Assembly: GCA_038087875.1 (NCBI GenBank)
Contig: CM076001.1
Coordinates: 1,304,001 to 1,368,000 of the forward strand
DNA length: 64,000 nt
DNA from: Malacoraja senta
Taxonomy: Eukaryota
Reading direction: 5' to 3'
In this document: in pieces, positions 23,266 to 36,257 of the stretch
Layout: each line of letters opens with the position of its first letter
Numbering within the stretch: position 1 is the first letter of the stretch
The notes under the pieces: generated by a model
Databases searched by the model: none
What the model was told of the DNA's origin: nothing
Seen by the model: only the letters and a program-made list of their open reading frames with translations
Made by a program: the position numbers and the translations under genes

Positions 23266-26200
23266 TGTGTATTTTTACAATACTGCACACAAAAATGTGA
23301 CAAAGGGGGTCACATTTCAAATTCCTTCAAAAAAGGTGACAAGCACTTTATTGGGTTCATGACTAACATAGTATCAACAAAAAAATATAAGAAAAGATAG
23401 CATATTGATGACAAGTTCCCAAAAATGGCATCAGAATACACAAATACATTTAGTGTAACGGTTGTCGCGTGATAGAAACATAGAAACATAGAAAATAGGT
23501 TCAGGAGTAGGCCATTCGGCCCTTCGAGCCTGCACCGCCATTCAATATGATCATGGCTGATCATCCAACTCAGTATCCAGTACCTGCCTTCTCTCCATAC
23601 CTCCTGATCCCTTTAGCCACAAGGGCCACATCTAACTCCCTCTTAAATATAGCCAATGAACTGGCCTCAACTACCGTCTGTGGCAGAGAGTTCCAGAGAT
23701 TCACCACTCTCAGTGTGAAAATGTTTTTCCTCATCTCGGTCTTAAAGGATTTCCCCTTATCCTTAAGCTGTGACCCCTTGTCCTGGACTTCCCCAACATC
23801 GGGAACAATCTTCCTGCATCTAGCCTGTCCAACCCCATAAGAATTTTGTACGTTTCTATAAGATCCCCTCTCAATCTCCTAAATTCTAGCGAGTATAAGC
23901 CAAGTCTATCCAGTCTTTCTTCATATGAAAGTCCTGACATCCCAGGAATCAGTCTGGTGAACCTTCTCTGCACTCCCTCTATGGCTATAATGTCCTTCCT
24001 CAGATTTGGAGACCAAAACTGTACGCAATACTCCAGGTGTGGTCTCACCAAGACCCTGTACAACTGCAGTAGAACCTCCCTGCTCCTATACTCAAATCCT
24101 CTTGCTATGAAGGCCAACATACCATTCGCTTTCTTCACTGCCTGCTGCACCTGCATGCCTACTTTCAATGACTGGTGTACCATGACACCCAGGTCTCGCT
24201 GCATCTCCCCATTTCCTAATCGGCCACCATTTAGATAATAGTCTGCCTTCCCGTTTTGGCCATCAAAGTAGATAACCTCACATTTATCCACATTATACTG
24301 CATCTGCCAAACATTTGCCCACTCACCCAGCCTATCCAAGTCACCTTGCAGTCTCCTAGCATCCTCCTCACAGCTAACACTGCCCCCCAGCTTAGTGTCA
24401 TCCGCAAACTTGGAGATGTTGCTTTCAATTCCCTCGTCCAGATCATTAATATAAATTGTAAATAGCTGGGGTCTCAGCACTGAGCCTTGCGGTACCCCAC
24501 TAGTCACTGCCTGCCATTGTGAAAAGGACCCGTTTACTCCTACTCTTTGCTTCCTGTTTGCCAGCCAGTTCTCTATCCACATCAATACTGAACCCCCAAT
24601 ACCGTGTGATTTAAGTTTGTATCCTAATCTCTTATGTGGTACCTTGTCGAAAGCCTTCTGAAAGTCCAGATACAACACATCCACTGGTTCTCCCCTATCC
24701 ACTCCACTAGTTACATCCTCGAAAAATTCTATAAGATTCGTCAGACATGATTTACCTTTCGTAAATCCATGCTGACTTTGTCCAATGATTTCACCACTTT
24801 CCAAATGTGCTGCTATCCCATCTTTAATAACTGACTAGCAGTTTCCCCACTACCGATGTTAGACTAACTGGTCTGTAATTCCCCGTTTTCTCTCTCCCTC
24901 CCTTCTTAAAAAGTGGGGTTACGTTTGCTACCCTCCAATCCTCAGGAACTACTCCAGAATCTAAAGAGTTTTGAAAAATTATCACTAATGCATCCACTAT
25001 TTCTGGAGCTACTTCCTTAACTACTCTGTGATGCAGCCTATCTGGCCCTGGTGATTTATCGGCCTTTAATCCATTCAATTTACCCAACACCACTTCCCGA
25101 CTAACCTGGATTTCACTCAGTTCCTCCATCTCCTTTGACCCGCGGCCCCCTGCTATTTCCGGCAGATTATTTATGTCTTCCTTAGTGAAGACGGAACCAA
25201 AGTAGTTATTCAATTGGTCTGCCATATCCTTGTTCCCCATGATCAATTCACCTGTTTCTGACTGCAAGGGACCTACATTTGTTTTAACTAATCTCTTTCT
25301 CTTCACATATCTATAAAAACTTTTGCAGTCAGTTTTTATGTTCCCTGCCAGTTTCCTTTCATAATCTATTTTCCCTTTCCTAATTAAGCCCTTTGTCCTC
25401 CTCTACTGGTCTCTGAATTTCTCCCAGTCCTCTGGTATGCTGCTTTTTCTGGCTAATTTGTACGCATCATCTTTTGCTTTGATACTATCCCTGATTTCCC
25501 TTGTTATCCACGGATGCACTACCTTCCCTGATTTATTCTTTTGCCAATCTGGGATGAACAATTTTTGTAGTTCATCCATGCAGTCTTTAAATGCCTTCCA
25601 TTGCATATCCACCGTCAACCCTTTTAGAACTAATTGCCAGTCAATCTTGGCCAATTCACGTCTCATACCCTCAAAGTTACCTTTCTTTAAGTTCAGAACC
25701 GTTGTTTCTGAATTAACAATGTCACTCTCCATCCTAATGATGTCCACCAGTGACCTGGTTGGCACAGTAAGTGCGCGTATTTCTTATTCCTTTCTATGTT
25801 TATGAATACCACATGGAACAATAAAATTGCAAACACCATTTCCACTTCATTCACCTGATCATGTAGTAGAATACTGCTGCATCCATCTGAGTGGACCCCG
25901 CAACGCGCGTTACACATCATGCACACAAACGTACGTTGCGGTGGATACTGAAAGGTTTGGTGTCCCAGAAAAGGAACGTTACATTATTAACAAGAACCAA
26001 GCATTTTCACCAATGTGATCTAAACAGTACATTACCTTATGGATTTGAGATATCGATGACCGATGATTCGTCAGATCATTTGATTTAGGCTGATTTTTTG
26101 GTAAAATGTCTCTGTAACGGTCGTTGTGGAGCTTCCGGAAGTTGACACAGAGGAATGAAGTTGGCGACTTGGTCCATACGAAAGGTAAACAAGAGACAGT

Positions 26201-26991
26201 GTGTTGTCAAATTAAAGATCGGATCAGTTTCTTAGTTTTGATCACCAATTTATGTTCAAAAAAATGTTTTCATTGATTTTAAAAAGTCAGAAAATATATC
26301 GTAAACGGTCGTTGCCTTTTTGACACCACGATGTTTTTGGCATATTAAATTGGAAAATAAGAAAAAATAATTAACTCACCCAAAAATTGCTAATACCATA
26401 GGACATCTCGTTGGGTTTTTGAAAAGCATTAGAGGTTTGGAGCCTCCGTGATTTAACTTACGGAGGTACCGACCCCGATAACGGTCGTTGTGACAATGGA
26501 CACCAAGCACAATGACCATTACGGGATCTTTCTTTGACATATATATTACTTTTTTTTTTAAAGACACAGGAGAGTGTAGATGCTGGAATGTGGAGTAACA
26601 ATCACCAGGAGGAACTCAGGACCTGATGCAGGGTTTCGACATGTTACTTTTTTTTTTCTCCTGGTATTGATGAAGATATTTCCCTAGATCATTATCAAAA
26701 CATATATAAACGAGGGGCCATATGAAGTTTATTTATGAATTAAATATTCATGACTAAATGTGGCAGTGTTTTTGATGTCACATTTTTGGTGTCCATAATG
26801 GCGGAAAAACTATGAAAATTTGTCTGTCATGAAAAAAGTTTTTGACTTTCGGTCTTGAAGTTATCTAATTTATATCTGCTATTTATAAGGTTTCATTTGG
26901 GTAGATTTTTGTTAAGAACAGTGTATTAGTGTAAAAAAATTAATACTAATCTTTTTTGTCAAAAACTCTCCAGTATTGTAAAAAAGACACA
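23266..26991 (-). mobile_element. TIR transposon 'A', copy 2 (inverted), interrupted by a CR1
   Basis: tgtgtatttttacaatactg ... cagtattgtaaaaaagacaca, TA flanks (23264-23265, 26992-26993); body is the reverse complement of copy 1. Confidence 0.8.
23474..25737 (-). mobile_element. 5'-truncated CR1 LINE with near-intact RT domain
   Basis: ORFs 25403-25765, 24824-25306 and 23731-24804 give linker and RT (QHGF, LDFQKAFD, GVPQGSVL, KFADDTK, RPHLEYC), broken by a stop and frameshifts; (TTTCTATG)n tail; tgat repeated at both junctions. Confidence 0.95.
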
Positions 26992-27794
26992 TATATATAT
27001 AAATGTGGTGCAGGATTCTCTGGTAATTTTCTGCCTTTTCATTTTCTAGTATAGTTTAAACAATTTAGATCACTCTTCAGTTTCTTAGTTCGATGGAATA
27101 TTATACACATTTGTTTCAGCTCATTGCATCTAAAGTATCATTGTGGTGAATTATCACTAACACTGCAAATGTTCACACATGCATTTTATCACAAGCTGGC
27201 ACATGTAGTACAACATAGACAAAAAGTCAACCTGTATAGGACCTGCACCTCAAGAAATATAGATGATTTTACTATAATGCAATTGTCACTAATTCAGTGT
27301 TTTCTCATAATGCAATTTTTTCAAATGTTTTCTCCTTCTGAAACTAGAAACAAATTCCTCTCTCTCCAGTTCTAAAAAGGTCCCAAATGACCAAAAGCCA
27401 TTAAATAGGGGGGGGTTTCCATTGATAAAACTTTGTACTGTCAGTGAATGTCAGTGACAGAGATTTAACTTTTTTATTCACTTTGTTTTAACAATGTTGC
27501 ACGACTTTACATGCTGATATTGTTCATTTCCAATCATTTGTGGGAAGTGATGGTTGGTGGTGTGACAGTGGTGACTTGGTCGATGGTATGAATTTTTAAT
27601 GAGGTATTATGACTTTGAATATGGATATGTTGTCGTTTTCACCAACTTCAATTGAAATGCTCTTCATACAGACTGAAAGATGTTGCATTTTAACTTTTTA
27701 AACATCTAAAAATATCTGATTTTGTCAGTCCAATGAAAATGGAACTGAACTGAACTAAAAAATATATAATTCTGGACCAGATTGGGTACAGTCA

Positions 27795-28090
27795 GAACCT
27801 TTTCCCGAGGACGGAATTGTCATAGACGAGAGGGCATGGTGAGAGAGGCAAAGGTGAGAGAGGCAAAGTTTAAAGGAGTGTGCGGGCAAGATTTTTCATA
27901 AAGAGAGGTAGGTCCTGGAATGGGCTGCCAGGCGTGGTGATAGAGGCAGATACAATAGTAGTATTTCAGATAGATATCCATGCAGCTTTTTGATAGACAC
28001 ATGGATACGCAGATTAGTTTAACTTAGCATCATGTTCGGCATGGACATTGATGTCTGAAGAGCCTGGACTTGTGGTGTACTGTTCTATAT
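27795..28090 (+). mobile_element. CR1-type LINE 3' fragment
   Basis: gagggcat...ttaaaggag...tggaatgggctgccagg...gatagacacatgg and CR1/HE1-type tail; internal 15-bp tandem duplication. Confidence 0.6.
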
Positions 28091-28099
28091 TCTTTAAAT

Positions 28100-28252
28100 A
28101 AAAACAATCTGGTGGAGAAATGCAGCGGATCAAGCAGCAACCGTGGAGGGAAAGGAATAGTTGACATTTCAGGTCGAAACCCTGCATCAGGTCCTGAGTT
28201 CCTCCTGGTGATTGTTACTCCACATTCCAGCATCTACACTCTCCTGTGTCTT
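28100..28252. repeat. Inverted pair of Penelope pLTR fragments (donor of the templated insertion at 26528)
   Basis: pLTR-like arms in opposite orientation; 28173-28286 is copied in reverse at 26528-26640. Confidence 0.65.
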
Positions 28253-28567
28253 TAAAAAAAAAAAGTAATATATATAAGTCAAAGAATAAAAGAGGAGAAT
28301 TCCCTCGGGGCATCTCTGGCTCAGCCACGGTAAGTGCGGCAGTAATTTTCTTTATAGGTATCATTGGACGTGAGATATTAGGCCACATGACTGAAAACGT
28401 CAGAGCGAGGCTGGAATTTCTGTTCACCCAAAGTCAACTCAAGCATTAGATGCCAAACAAATTTGAGAACCGATGTTACCACCCCCACCCCTCTGTTTCA
28501 TGTTAAGTAAATCAGTATTGACAAAGAATTCAATTTGAGACTGCTGATCTGTCCTACCATACTATGC

Positions 28568-28980
28568 GTAAGAAAGAACTGCAGATGCTGGTAAAATCGA
28601 ACGTAGACACAAAATGCTGGAAACTCAGCTGGTGAGGCAGCATCAATGGAGAGAAGGAATGGGCGACATTTCGGGTCGAGACCCTTCTTCAGACCCACAG
28701 AGGGGAAGCAGTGAGAGAGGATGTTGCTGAACTCTCATCGGAGAGAGGAGGAGAACATCATCAAAGTAGACATACCTTGAGGAGATTTTGCAGTGGAGTG
28801 GACAAAATATGTAAGAAAGAACTGCAGATGCTGGTAAAATCGAAGGTAGACACAAAATGCTGGAGTAACTTGGCGGGTGAGGCAGCATCTATGGAGAGAA
28901 GGAATGGGTGATGTTTCTGGTCGAGACTCTTCTCTCCATAGATGCTGCCTCACCCGCTGAGTTACTCCAGCATTTTGTGT
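28568..28980 (-). mobile_element. Mini-Penelope: inverted partial pLTR + pLTR + ~115-bp spacer + pLTR, with TSD
   Basis: Direct repeats 28568-28683 and ~28811-28928; inverted arm 28929-28985; flanking duplication ctaccatactatgc (28554-28567, 28981-28994). Confidence 0.85.
28659..28698 (-). ncRNA. Minimal type I hammerhead ribozyme fold
   Basis: Minus strand GUGGGU-CUGAAGA-A-GGGUC-UC-GACCC-GAAA-U-GUC-GCCCAU: core intact, stem II, 6-bp stem I including two G-U pairs, minimal stem III. Confidence 0.6.
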
Positions 28981-29816
28981 CTACCATACTATGCATCTAC
29001 TTACTTATTTACAAAAGTAAACAAATACATTGCGTTAAATTGTTATACATTTTTACTTCAAAACACAATCAATCGTTGTGCGAAAGTGAATAATTTGGAT
29101 TTTTGATATATGGTCAGATTTCAATATTGAAATTAAAATGCGAAACCGAAGGAAAAGTTATATTTTATCATATTTCTGAATTGTGGTATCATGTATGTGT
29201 TAAAAATCATAGATACATCAGGTTAATTGATTTTTCTATCAAGAAACTGAAGGAAGAATATATTAGGTGAAAGGGTTATTTTCTCTCCATGCTGACCTCC
29301 ACATCAGCAATAAATTATAGACATACTTTCCTGCTGTTGACTTATTATTCTCCAGTGGGAGCTAGATTAATCAATTTAAAATACATTAATTGGAATTGTC
29401 TCTGAACAAACCACTGAATATCAACATTTAAGCAAATTTTACAAAAAAATGTTCTGAGTGATTTTATTGATGGTGCTTCGGTGCTTATTTTATTTTTCAT
29501 TTCAAGAAATACTAAAATGGAAAAAATATATATGCTTACTAGGAAGCATTCAGTCCGACAGATATTTCCTCTTCACTTGGCTTTCTCAAAGAAAAAGGAA
29601 ATTCAGACTGTTCGGCTTCAAGTTTACATCTGCATCAAGGGAGACAAAGGTTCATTCAATCTATTGCTTTAGTCAATCCTGCATGTGGCACTATAAATGT
29701 AACTACCTTAGTATGTATAATTTGAGTTGAGTTCAAGCTTATATATTTAATTGAAGGAAATTGTTATAGTACATTAAATTTGTATTTGCATATTTATATA
29801 TATTTATGCATAGTTG

Positions 29817-30722
29817 ATATGAAAATAGGTGGAGGGACAGGTAGTGTAGAGAAAGCAGGGACTTTGCAGAAGGACTTGGGTAGGTTGGGAGAGTGGACAG
29901 AGAAGTGGCAGATGGAATAGAATAGCAAAGTGTGGAGTCATGCATTTTGGTAACAGGAATAACGGCATAGATTATTTTCTAAATGGGGTGAGAATGCAGA
30001 AATTGGAGTTGCAAAGGGACTTGGGAGTGCTGGTGCAGGATTCCCAAAAAGTTAATCTGCAAGACGAATCGGTAGTAAAGAAAGCAAAAGCAATGCTAGC
30101 AATTATTTCAAGAGGGTTTGTATACAAAAAACAGGGATGTAATGCTGAGGCTCTATAATTCGCTGGTCAGGCCACATTTGGAATATTGTGAGCAAATTTG
30201 GGCACCATATATCTGAGGAAGGATGTGCTGGCTCTGGAGAGGGTCCAGAGGAGGTTTACAAGAATGATCCCAGAAATGAGTAGGTTAACATATGATGAGC
30301 GTTTGACGACACTGGGCCTATACTCGCTGGAGTTTAGAAGAATAAGGGGGGACCTCATTGAAACGTTCAGAATAGTGAAAGACTTGGATAGAGTCGATGT
30401 TTCCACCAGTGGGAGAGTCTAGGACTAGAGGTCATAGCCTCAAAATTAAAGGTTGTTATTTTAGGAAGGAGATGAGGAAGAATTTCTTCAGTCATTGGGT
30501 TTTGAATTTGTGGAATTCTTTGCCACAGAAGGCTGTGGCAACAAAGTCAGTGGATAGACTTAAAGCAGAGATAGATAGATTCTTGATTAGTACGGGTGTC
30601 AGAGGCTATGGGGAGAAGGCAGAAGAATTGGATTAGGAGGGAGAGATAGATCAGCCATGATTGAATGGCGGAGTAGACATGATAGGCCGAATGGCCTAAT
30701 TTTGCTCTTATCTCTTATGATA
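29817..30722 (+). mobile_element. CR1 LINE 3' fragment
   Basis: MHFG..N, RDLGVLV, LERVQRRFTRMIP, LGLYSLEFRRIRGDLIE, LWNSLP; CR1 tail. Confidence 0.9.
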
Positions 30723-31984
30723 TGATAATATTTTTGTTAATCTTTGTTTAGATTACATGGATACCTTTTGTCTGCCACCATGCTATGTCTGAAAAAGAAT
30801 AATTTGAATACTAGGAAAAGTACATTTTTTATGAATTATGCCCATATTTAACATGCCGAAGTGTGATTATGCTGATTGATATTTCTACCTTATCAAAGCT
30901 ATTGGAAAAAAGGATGCCCTCAACAAGCACTCTCCTTCACCTGTAACTGATGTAATATGTCCAAAAGGGTAACACAATACTTTCTGTAGGTGAAGTCTTT
31001 GGTGAGTTTCTAGAATAAATGTTGATGGAATAATGGTGAAATCTTGATAAACTGTCCCAAAATATCTTCCAGTGTGTTTCAAAAGTTGTATTCACGTATC
31101 CATCAGCAAATGAATGTAACATATGTGATATTGGTTGTTACCAATTGAAGAATAATAGCAAATGGCTCATGTTTCTTAGTGTAGGAATTGTCAGAGCTGT
31201 TCAGCCACTGTGAAAGAAAGCCACAGCCAGCTTTCCCTCACTGTTAGCTTTTAGTTTGTTTAATAAAGTTCCCTTGTTATCAGTTTAAATCACCATCTAT
31301 TTTGTAGTATCTTAGATCCTGGGACAATGATCAGTGAAAGTGTGCATGGCTTCAGGTAGCACATTAAATCCTTAAAAAAAACATGGCTACTCCCATTGAG
31401 CACATCACTGTTGAGAGCTGTGAATTAAAGTATTGACCAACAAAATACCATGCAGCCCCTTCACTAAGCAGCTGCAGCCAATTCAAATGCCAGTAAGATG
31501 CTTTGCCAGCACTACAGAGCCATTTTTAGGGCACATTTAATTCCTTTACCTGGGCAGTGGACTGCACCAATCATTATTAACACTGCCGTTGTAGCTGAAG
31601 ATCTTGAAGGTTCTTATGTATCTAAAGAATTCATGGGCTGTTGTCCCCTCTATGTTCAACACATGTAGATATGCCACAAAGAACAAATTTGAGAATTATA
31701 CAAATGCACCCAGATTATGCCAGTAAAGCACTTTCATGATATTGATAAGTGGAACTGCACAGAACAGTAGTGACACCCGCTCCATTGTATTGCGATCGTC
31801 CACAATAACCGGGGAAGGAAGTAGACAAATAATTAAGCTTTGAAAGGTGAAGGACCAAATAAAGGGGATTACGTAGGGAGGCAGGCTGCAGGTTTCTTAG
31901 CTGCCTCTGTTCTTGGTTCTTGGTTTCTTGGTCCTCCAAAATATTCCAAATGGAATTTAAACTGGAGGTGGTGGAGGGAGTATA

Positions 31985-32143
31985 TACTGTTAGTATATAC
32001 TTTCAAGAGAGAGATAGATAGGGCTCTTAAAGATAGGGTGTATGGGGAGAAGGCAGGATGGGGTACTGATTGGGGATGATCAGCCATGATCACATTGAAT
32101 GGCGGTGCTGGCTCGAAGGGCCGAATGGCCTACTCCTGCACCT
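31985..32143 (+). mobile_element. CR1 3' tail fragment
   Basis: tatggggagaaggcagga...gaatggcggtgctggctcgaagggccgaatggcctactcctgcacct. Confidence 0.8.
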
Positions 32144-33039
32144 CTTGTTAAAAAAAAAAGTATGAACATCACTGTGAAGAATGGAACCTGGAAGATAATT
32201 TCAGAGTATTTGAGCAGGCAAGGCATATATGAGGATAACAAAAGAGAAGGATTGATAAACATACTGGAGCTGAGCTGTATAACCGAGATAGAATAAGTTG
32301 GCATTAGATTGTATGTAGCATTCAAAAATCAGTTCTGCAACTTGTGACCAGGAACTGGATGCATTCAGTGACAAAAGTAATTTATTCGATAGGGCTCTAT
32401 GTAACAATGCAGATTTTGATCTCATAGAAATTGATTCAGCTAATTTTGATCTCTCAGAAGTTGATTCAAATCAAATAATGCAACACATTGGTTGAGAGAT
32501 ATACAAAAATATTTTGTAAACTTTTTTTTGGTATCATTTCAAGAAAAATTGAATGCTCTTATTTCAGGAGTATTTTGTTTTGCTATCCAGCAGCAAATTC
32601 AAGAATTTGATAAATGGGCATCCCATATTCTTCATTTCAGCTTGCGGGAAGAAAATAATTCTAATATGAATGAAATCAGGAAATGAAACAAAAAGCCCCT
32701 AAGGTCTTTCTGTATAAAAAAAATGTTTTCATTTTCAGAGAGAAATTCATCACCATCTGTTGAAATGTTTGAGTAATATTTTTGATGGAGATTTCTTAAT
32801 TTCTTTGTTGCTTGGTCATTAAATTGGCACAGTTATTTGTGAAGCAATAGCCTAGAAAACTGAGTGCACAGCACTACGTTTTTAGCAAGACACTTGAAAA
32901 TTACTTATTTCCAGAGCAGACCGTAATTGCTCTAGAAATTAGATCAGTTCAAGAGGGAACTGCTCTCGGTCACTGCCAAATATACAGCAATGCTATTTAA
33001 CATTTATGGCCGGAACAGAAATATTCCTACTAGCCTCTC

Positions 33040-34135
33040 AAACCTGCTCTACTAATTGTCAAGATTATAGTTAATCTTCTACCTCGGCAATGTTTTCCTG
33101 CAATATCACAATATCCTGTAATTTCCATAATGTACTAAAGTCTAATGAATTCTGCTTTGAAATAACTCAAACGACAGTCTTCACAATCCTCCAGTGTGGA
33201 GAATGTGGTGTAGAAGTCCTCTGTGTGGGGAAATTCCTTCTCAACTCAGTCCTAAGTATCCTAATATTCTAATATTCTGAGAACTCTAGTTCTAGACTCC
33301 TCCTCCAAAGGAAGTATCTTCTTACATTGAGCCCTGCAGGAAAGTTGTGGGTTTCATTAAGAACAATTATCATTCTTCAAAGCACCCGAGAGTATTGGCC
33401 AAGTTTGCTCACTTTGCTCAATTTCTTTATTAAGGAGACCAACTTGCATCTAATGCAGTCTCACCAATTCCATATATAATTGCAGTAGGACTTCTTTACC
33501 CCCGCACAGAATGCTTTATCAATAAAGCCAGTGTGCCATTTGTGTTCTTAATTGTTGGGTGAATCTGTATGTTAACTTTCATTACCTTATGTACAAGAAC
33601 ATTTATGTCCCATTGGACATGAAAAATTCTCAATCTGCCACTGTTATTTTTTTTTAAAGTTTTGTTGTTTTGTGTATCAACGTGGATGCTTTTTACATTT
33701 TCCACATTATATTCCATATCTTCACCCACTCACGTAATTTGTCCATATCAACTTTAAGCCTCTTTAAATGCTGACATTCGTGTTTAAATTTGTATCAGCA
33801 GTAAGGCTGAACATGTGATATTTAATCCTCTCAACCAAATTGTTGAAATTGATTGTGAGATCCAAGCCATAATCCCGTGATACCCTACTAGTCACAGTCC
33901 GCCAACCCAAGAAATACCCTTTTATTTCCACATTTTACTTTCTACCTATAACCCAGTTCTCAATATGTGCCAGCATGTTAGCACAAATTCTATGTGCCTT
34001 AACTTTGTGGTCCAACCACTTCTGTGAACATTATTGAAAGGCTTAAATAAACCACATCCACTGGCTCCCACTTATCTCATCCTCAAAGCAATCCAATGGA
34101 TTAATCCAACATGGTTTTTATTTCATGCATCTATG
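33040..34135 (-). mobile_element. Old degenerate CR1 fragment
   Basis: Decayed CR1 RT text (MEYNVENVKSIH, WDINVLVH..KVNIQ) on the minus strand. Confidence 0.6.
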
Positions 34136-34630
34136 AAGACATAAATGGGGAATTCTGGAGTTACACCCAGTTCAGCAGTGGAAAACCAACCCAGATAAAT
34201 CTCCTAATTTTCTACGCTTTTTGCACCTTGCCCACCTCGCTCCCAAAGCCTATCCAACTTTCCACTTAGATCCTAATCCCCAAATCTCCCTCTCACATTT
34301 CAAATATTTCAAATCTACCAAGTCATAGCCACCTAGATCTTATTTTTCCATTCAAAGTCCTGATCTGCAAGCTGCCATTCAGTTAGCCAACTGTCAACAA
34401 TCTCTGCCACACATTCTATATATTACTAAAACTCTCATCTTGTCTGTGTATGTGTGTGTGCGCGTCCATCATACCCTGAATTACGCCAAAACGGTACACG
34501 ATAGCGCTACCTTGTTCACCATTGTCCTGTGGTGTGATGTATCAAGTATCGTTCACATTGATGTTATTTTTTACAAGTTATTCACATTTTCAACTTTACA
34601 AAGCCCCACTTTAAAAAAGTCTTTCATCTG

Positions 34631-34773
34631 CACTGGCAGTTAGCAGCTATAACGTCACAATGGGATCTCATTTACATAAATTGCCCCTCAGCAGTGTTCC
34701 ACTGGCAGTTAGCAGCATATGACATCAAAATGGGATCTCATTTACATAAACTGCCCGTCAACAGTGTTCCACT
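34631..34773 (+). repeat. Tandem duplication of a ~69-bp unit inside the Helitron
   Basis: cactggcagttagcagc...aatgggatctcatttacataaa.tgccc.tca.cagtgttc occurs twice. Confidence 0.85.
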
Positions 34774-34804
34774 CAGTGCAATGAAAGATTTGCTACATTG
34801 TTGT

Positions 34805-35120
34805 AAGGAGAGGGAGGGTGTGGGGAGGGGAGGAGAAGAAATGTTATTTAAACATTGTGTTTAGTGGGGGAGTAGGATAAGGGAGAGGTGAGGAGTGGTG
34901 GAGCAGGGAGATAGTTAGAGGAGGGGGTAGGGAGGGGGAGGGGTTATGGAGGGAGGGAGGGAGTGACAGGGTAGGGGAAAGGAGAGGGAGGGAGAGATGA
35001 GGGAGGGAGTGGAGGAGGGGAGAAGGAGAGGGGAGAGAAGAGGGAGGGTGAAGAGGAGGGGGAGGGAGTGTTGGGGGATGAAGTGAAATGGAGGAGGATA
35101 GGGGTATGAAGAGGGATAGC
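34805..35120 (+). repeat. Purine-rich G-run low-complexity tract
   Basis: Many GGG/GGAG runs. Confidence 0.8.
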
Positions 35121-35984
35121 GAGGCGCAGTTGGGAAGGGTTGCCGTGACTCGCGTCACAACGGGGATCTCTGGCGACACAACGGGAACCAGTCAGCAACG
35201 TCTGCGCAGTTGGGGACTATGGGTGAGTGGTGGAATATTGCATTTGGGGACCAGCCCTCCCGTGTGACAGGGACCCAACAGGTCCCACTTGGTCTAGTTA
35301 CCTCTAAAAGTCCTCTGATGTGGATGGATATCGCTCTTTCATATTGGATTAAACTCCACACTCAACCAATCTCTGAAAATACCTTCATTTTACATAGTTC
35401 AGCATTTCAAAAAGGCAGCTCACCACCAACCGCTGCATGATAACTAGACATTGACAATAAAGGCTATTCTTCCCAGTGAAGGCCCACTTCTAACATACAA
35501 ATAAAACAAAAAGAATGGTGCTGGGGTGAAATGGAAATAGCTCTATATTCCTACGGAAAATAGTTTAGAGGAGAAACTGCAAGTGACCAACATTATTATT
35601 TTACCTTGTTCAGGGGTTGTTAACTGAGTTTAAATGGAACAGAAACAACCAATGCACGTACCCCAAGGGAAGAATAATGACTCCTTTAGCATTACATTAC
35701 CTTTCTTAAAGAAGAATGAACATTTATAGAAATGAACCTTTTCTTTCTCCTTCAAACATGCAAACATTTTCATTCTGTTTCATTTCCTTTCAGTTCAACT
35801 TTACACCAGTAATCTCAACCTTTTTCAATGTTCCAAGATTAAATATGGAGCCAAGGAATTTTTTCAGAGCTGCTCCATTATAATTTTGGTTGAAGTGCAG
35901 CAGGAATGCCACTAGAGGTGACTCTCCGTTTCTTTGCTCTTAATAAAAGACAAATTTCTGTCATTGGAGTAGGATGGGGAAAAA

Positions 35985-36210
35985 TAAGAAAAGGAGAAAT
36001 TACTTCATCTGAAGGTAGTGAACCTTTGGAAAAATCTGGATCAGAAGTGCTGTTATTAAGTTCATTCTGACATCAATAGATTTCCAGGAATTAAGAATCT
36101 AAATATACAGGGATAGCAGTAGAAAATTATGATGAAGTACCCATTAGCTGTGGTCTTAATGAATGGCAGAGCAGGTTCAAGGACCATTGGTCTCCTCTTA
36201 TTTCTTAAAG
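35985..36210 (+). mobile_element. Degenerate CR1 3' fragment
   Basis: aggagaaattacttc...gtagtgaacctttggaa...gaatggcagagcagg. Confidence 0.55.
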
Positions 36211-36257
36211 CAACTTATAGATAACTAGCCGTCTAGCACTTGACCAAGTATTTAGCA

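Larger units (their letters stand above)
34415..35297 (+). mobile_element. Non-autonomous Helitron
   Basis: 5' TCtatatattactaaa; 3' hairpin gggacc-caaca-ggtccc (35270-35286) 7 nt before terminal CTAG (35294-35297) followed by T; no TSD. Confidence 0.8.

Noticed and set aside
34844..35198. Pro/Ser/Leu-rich ORFs
   Set aside because: Translation of a low-complexity purine tract.
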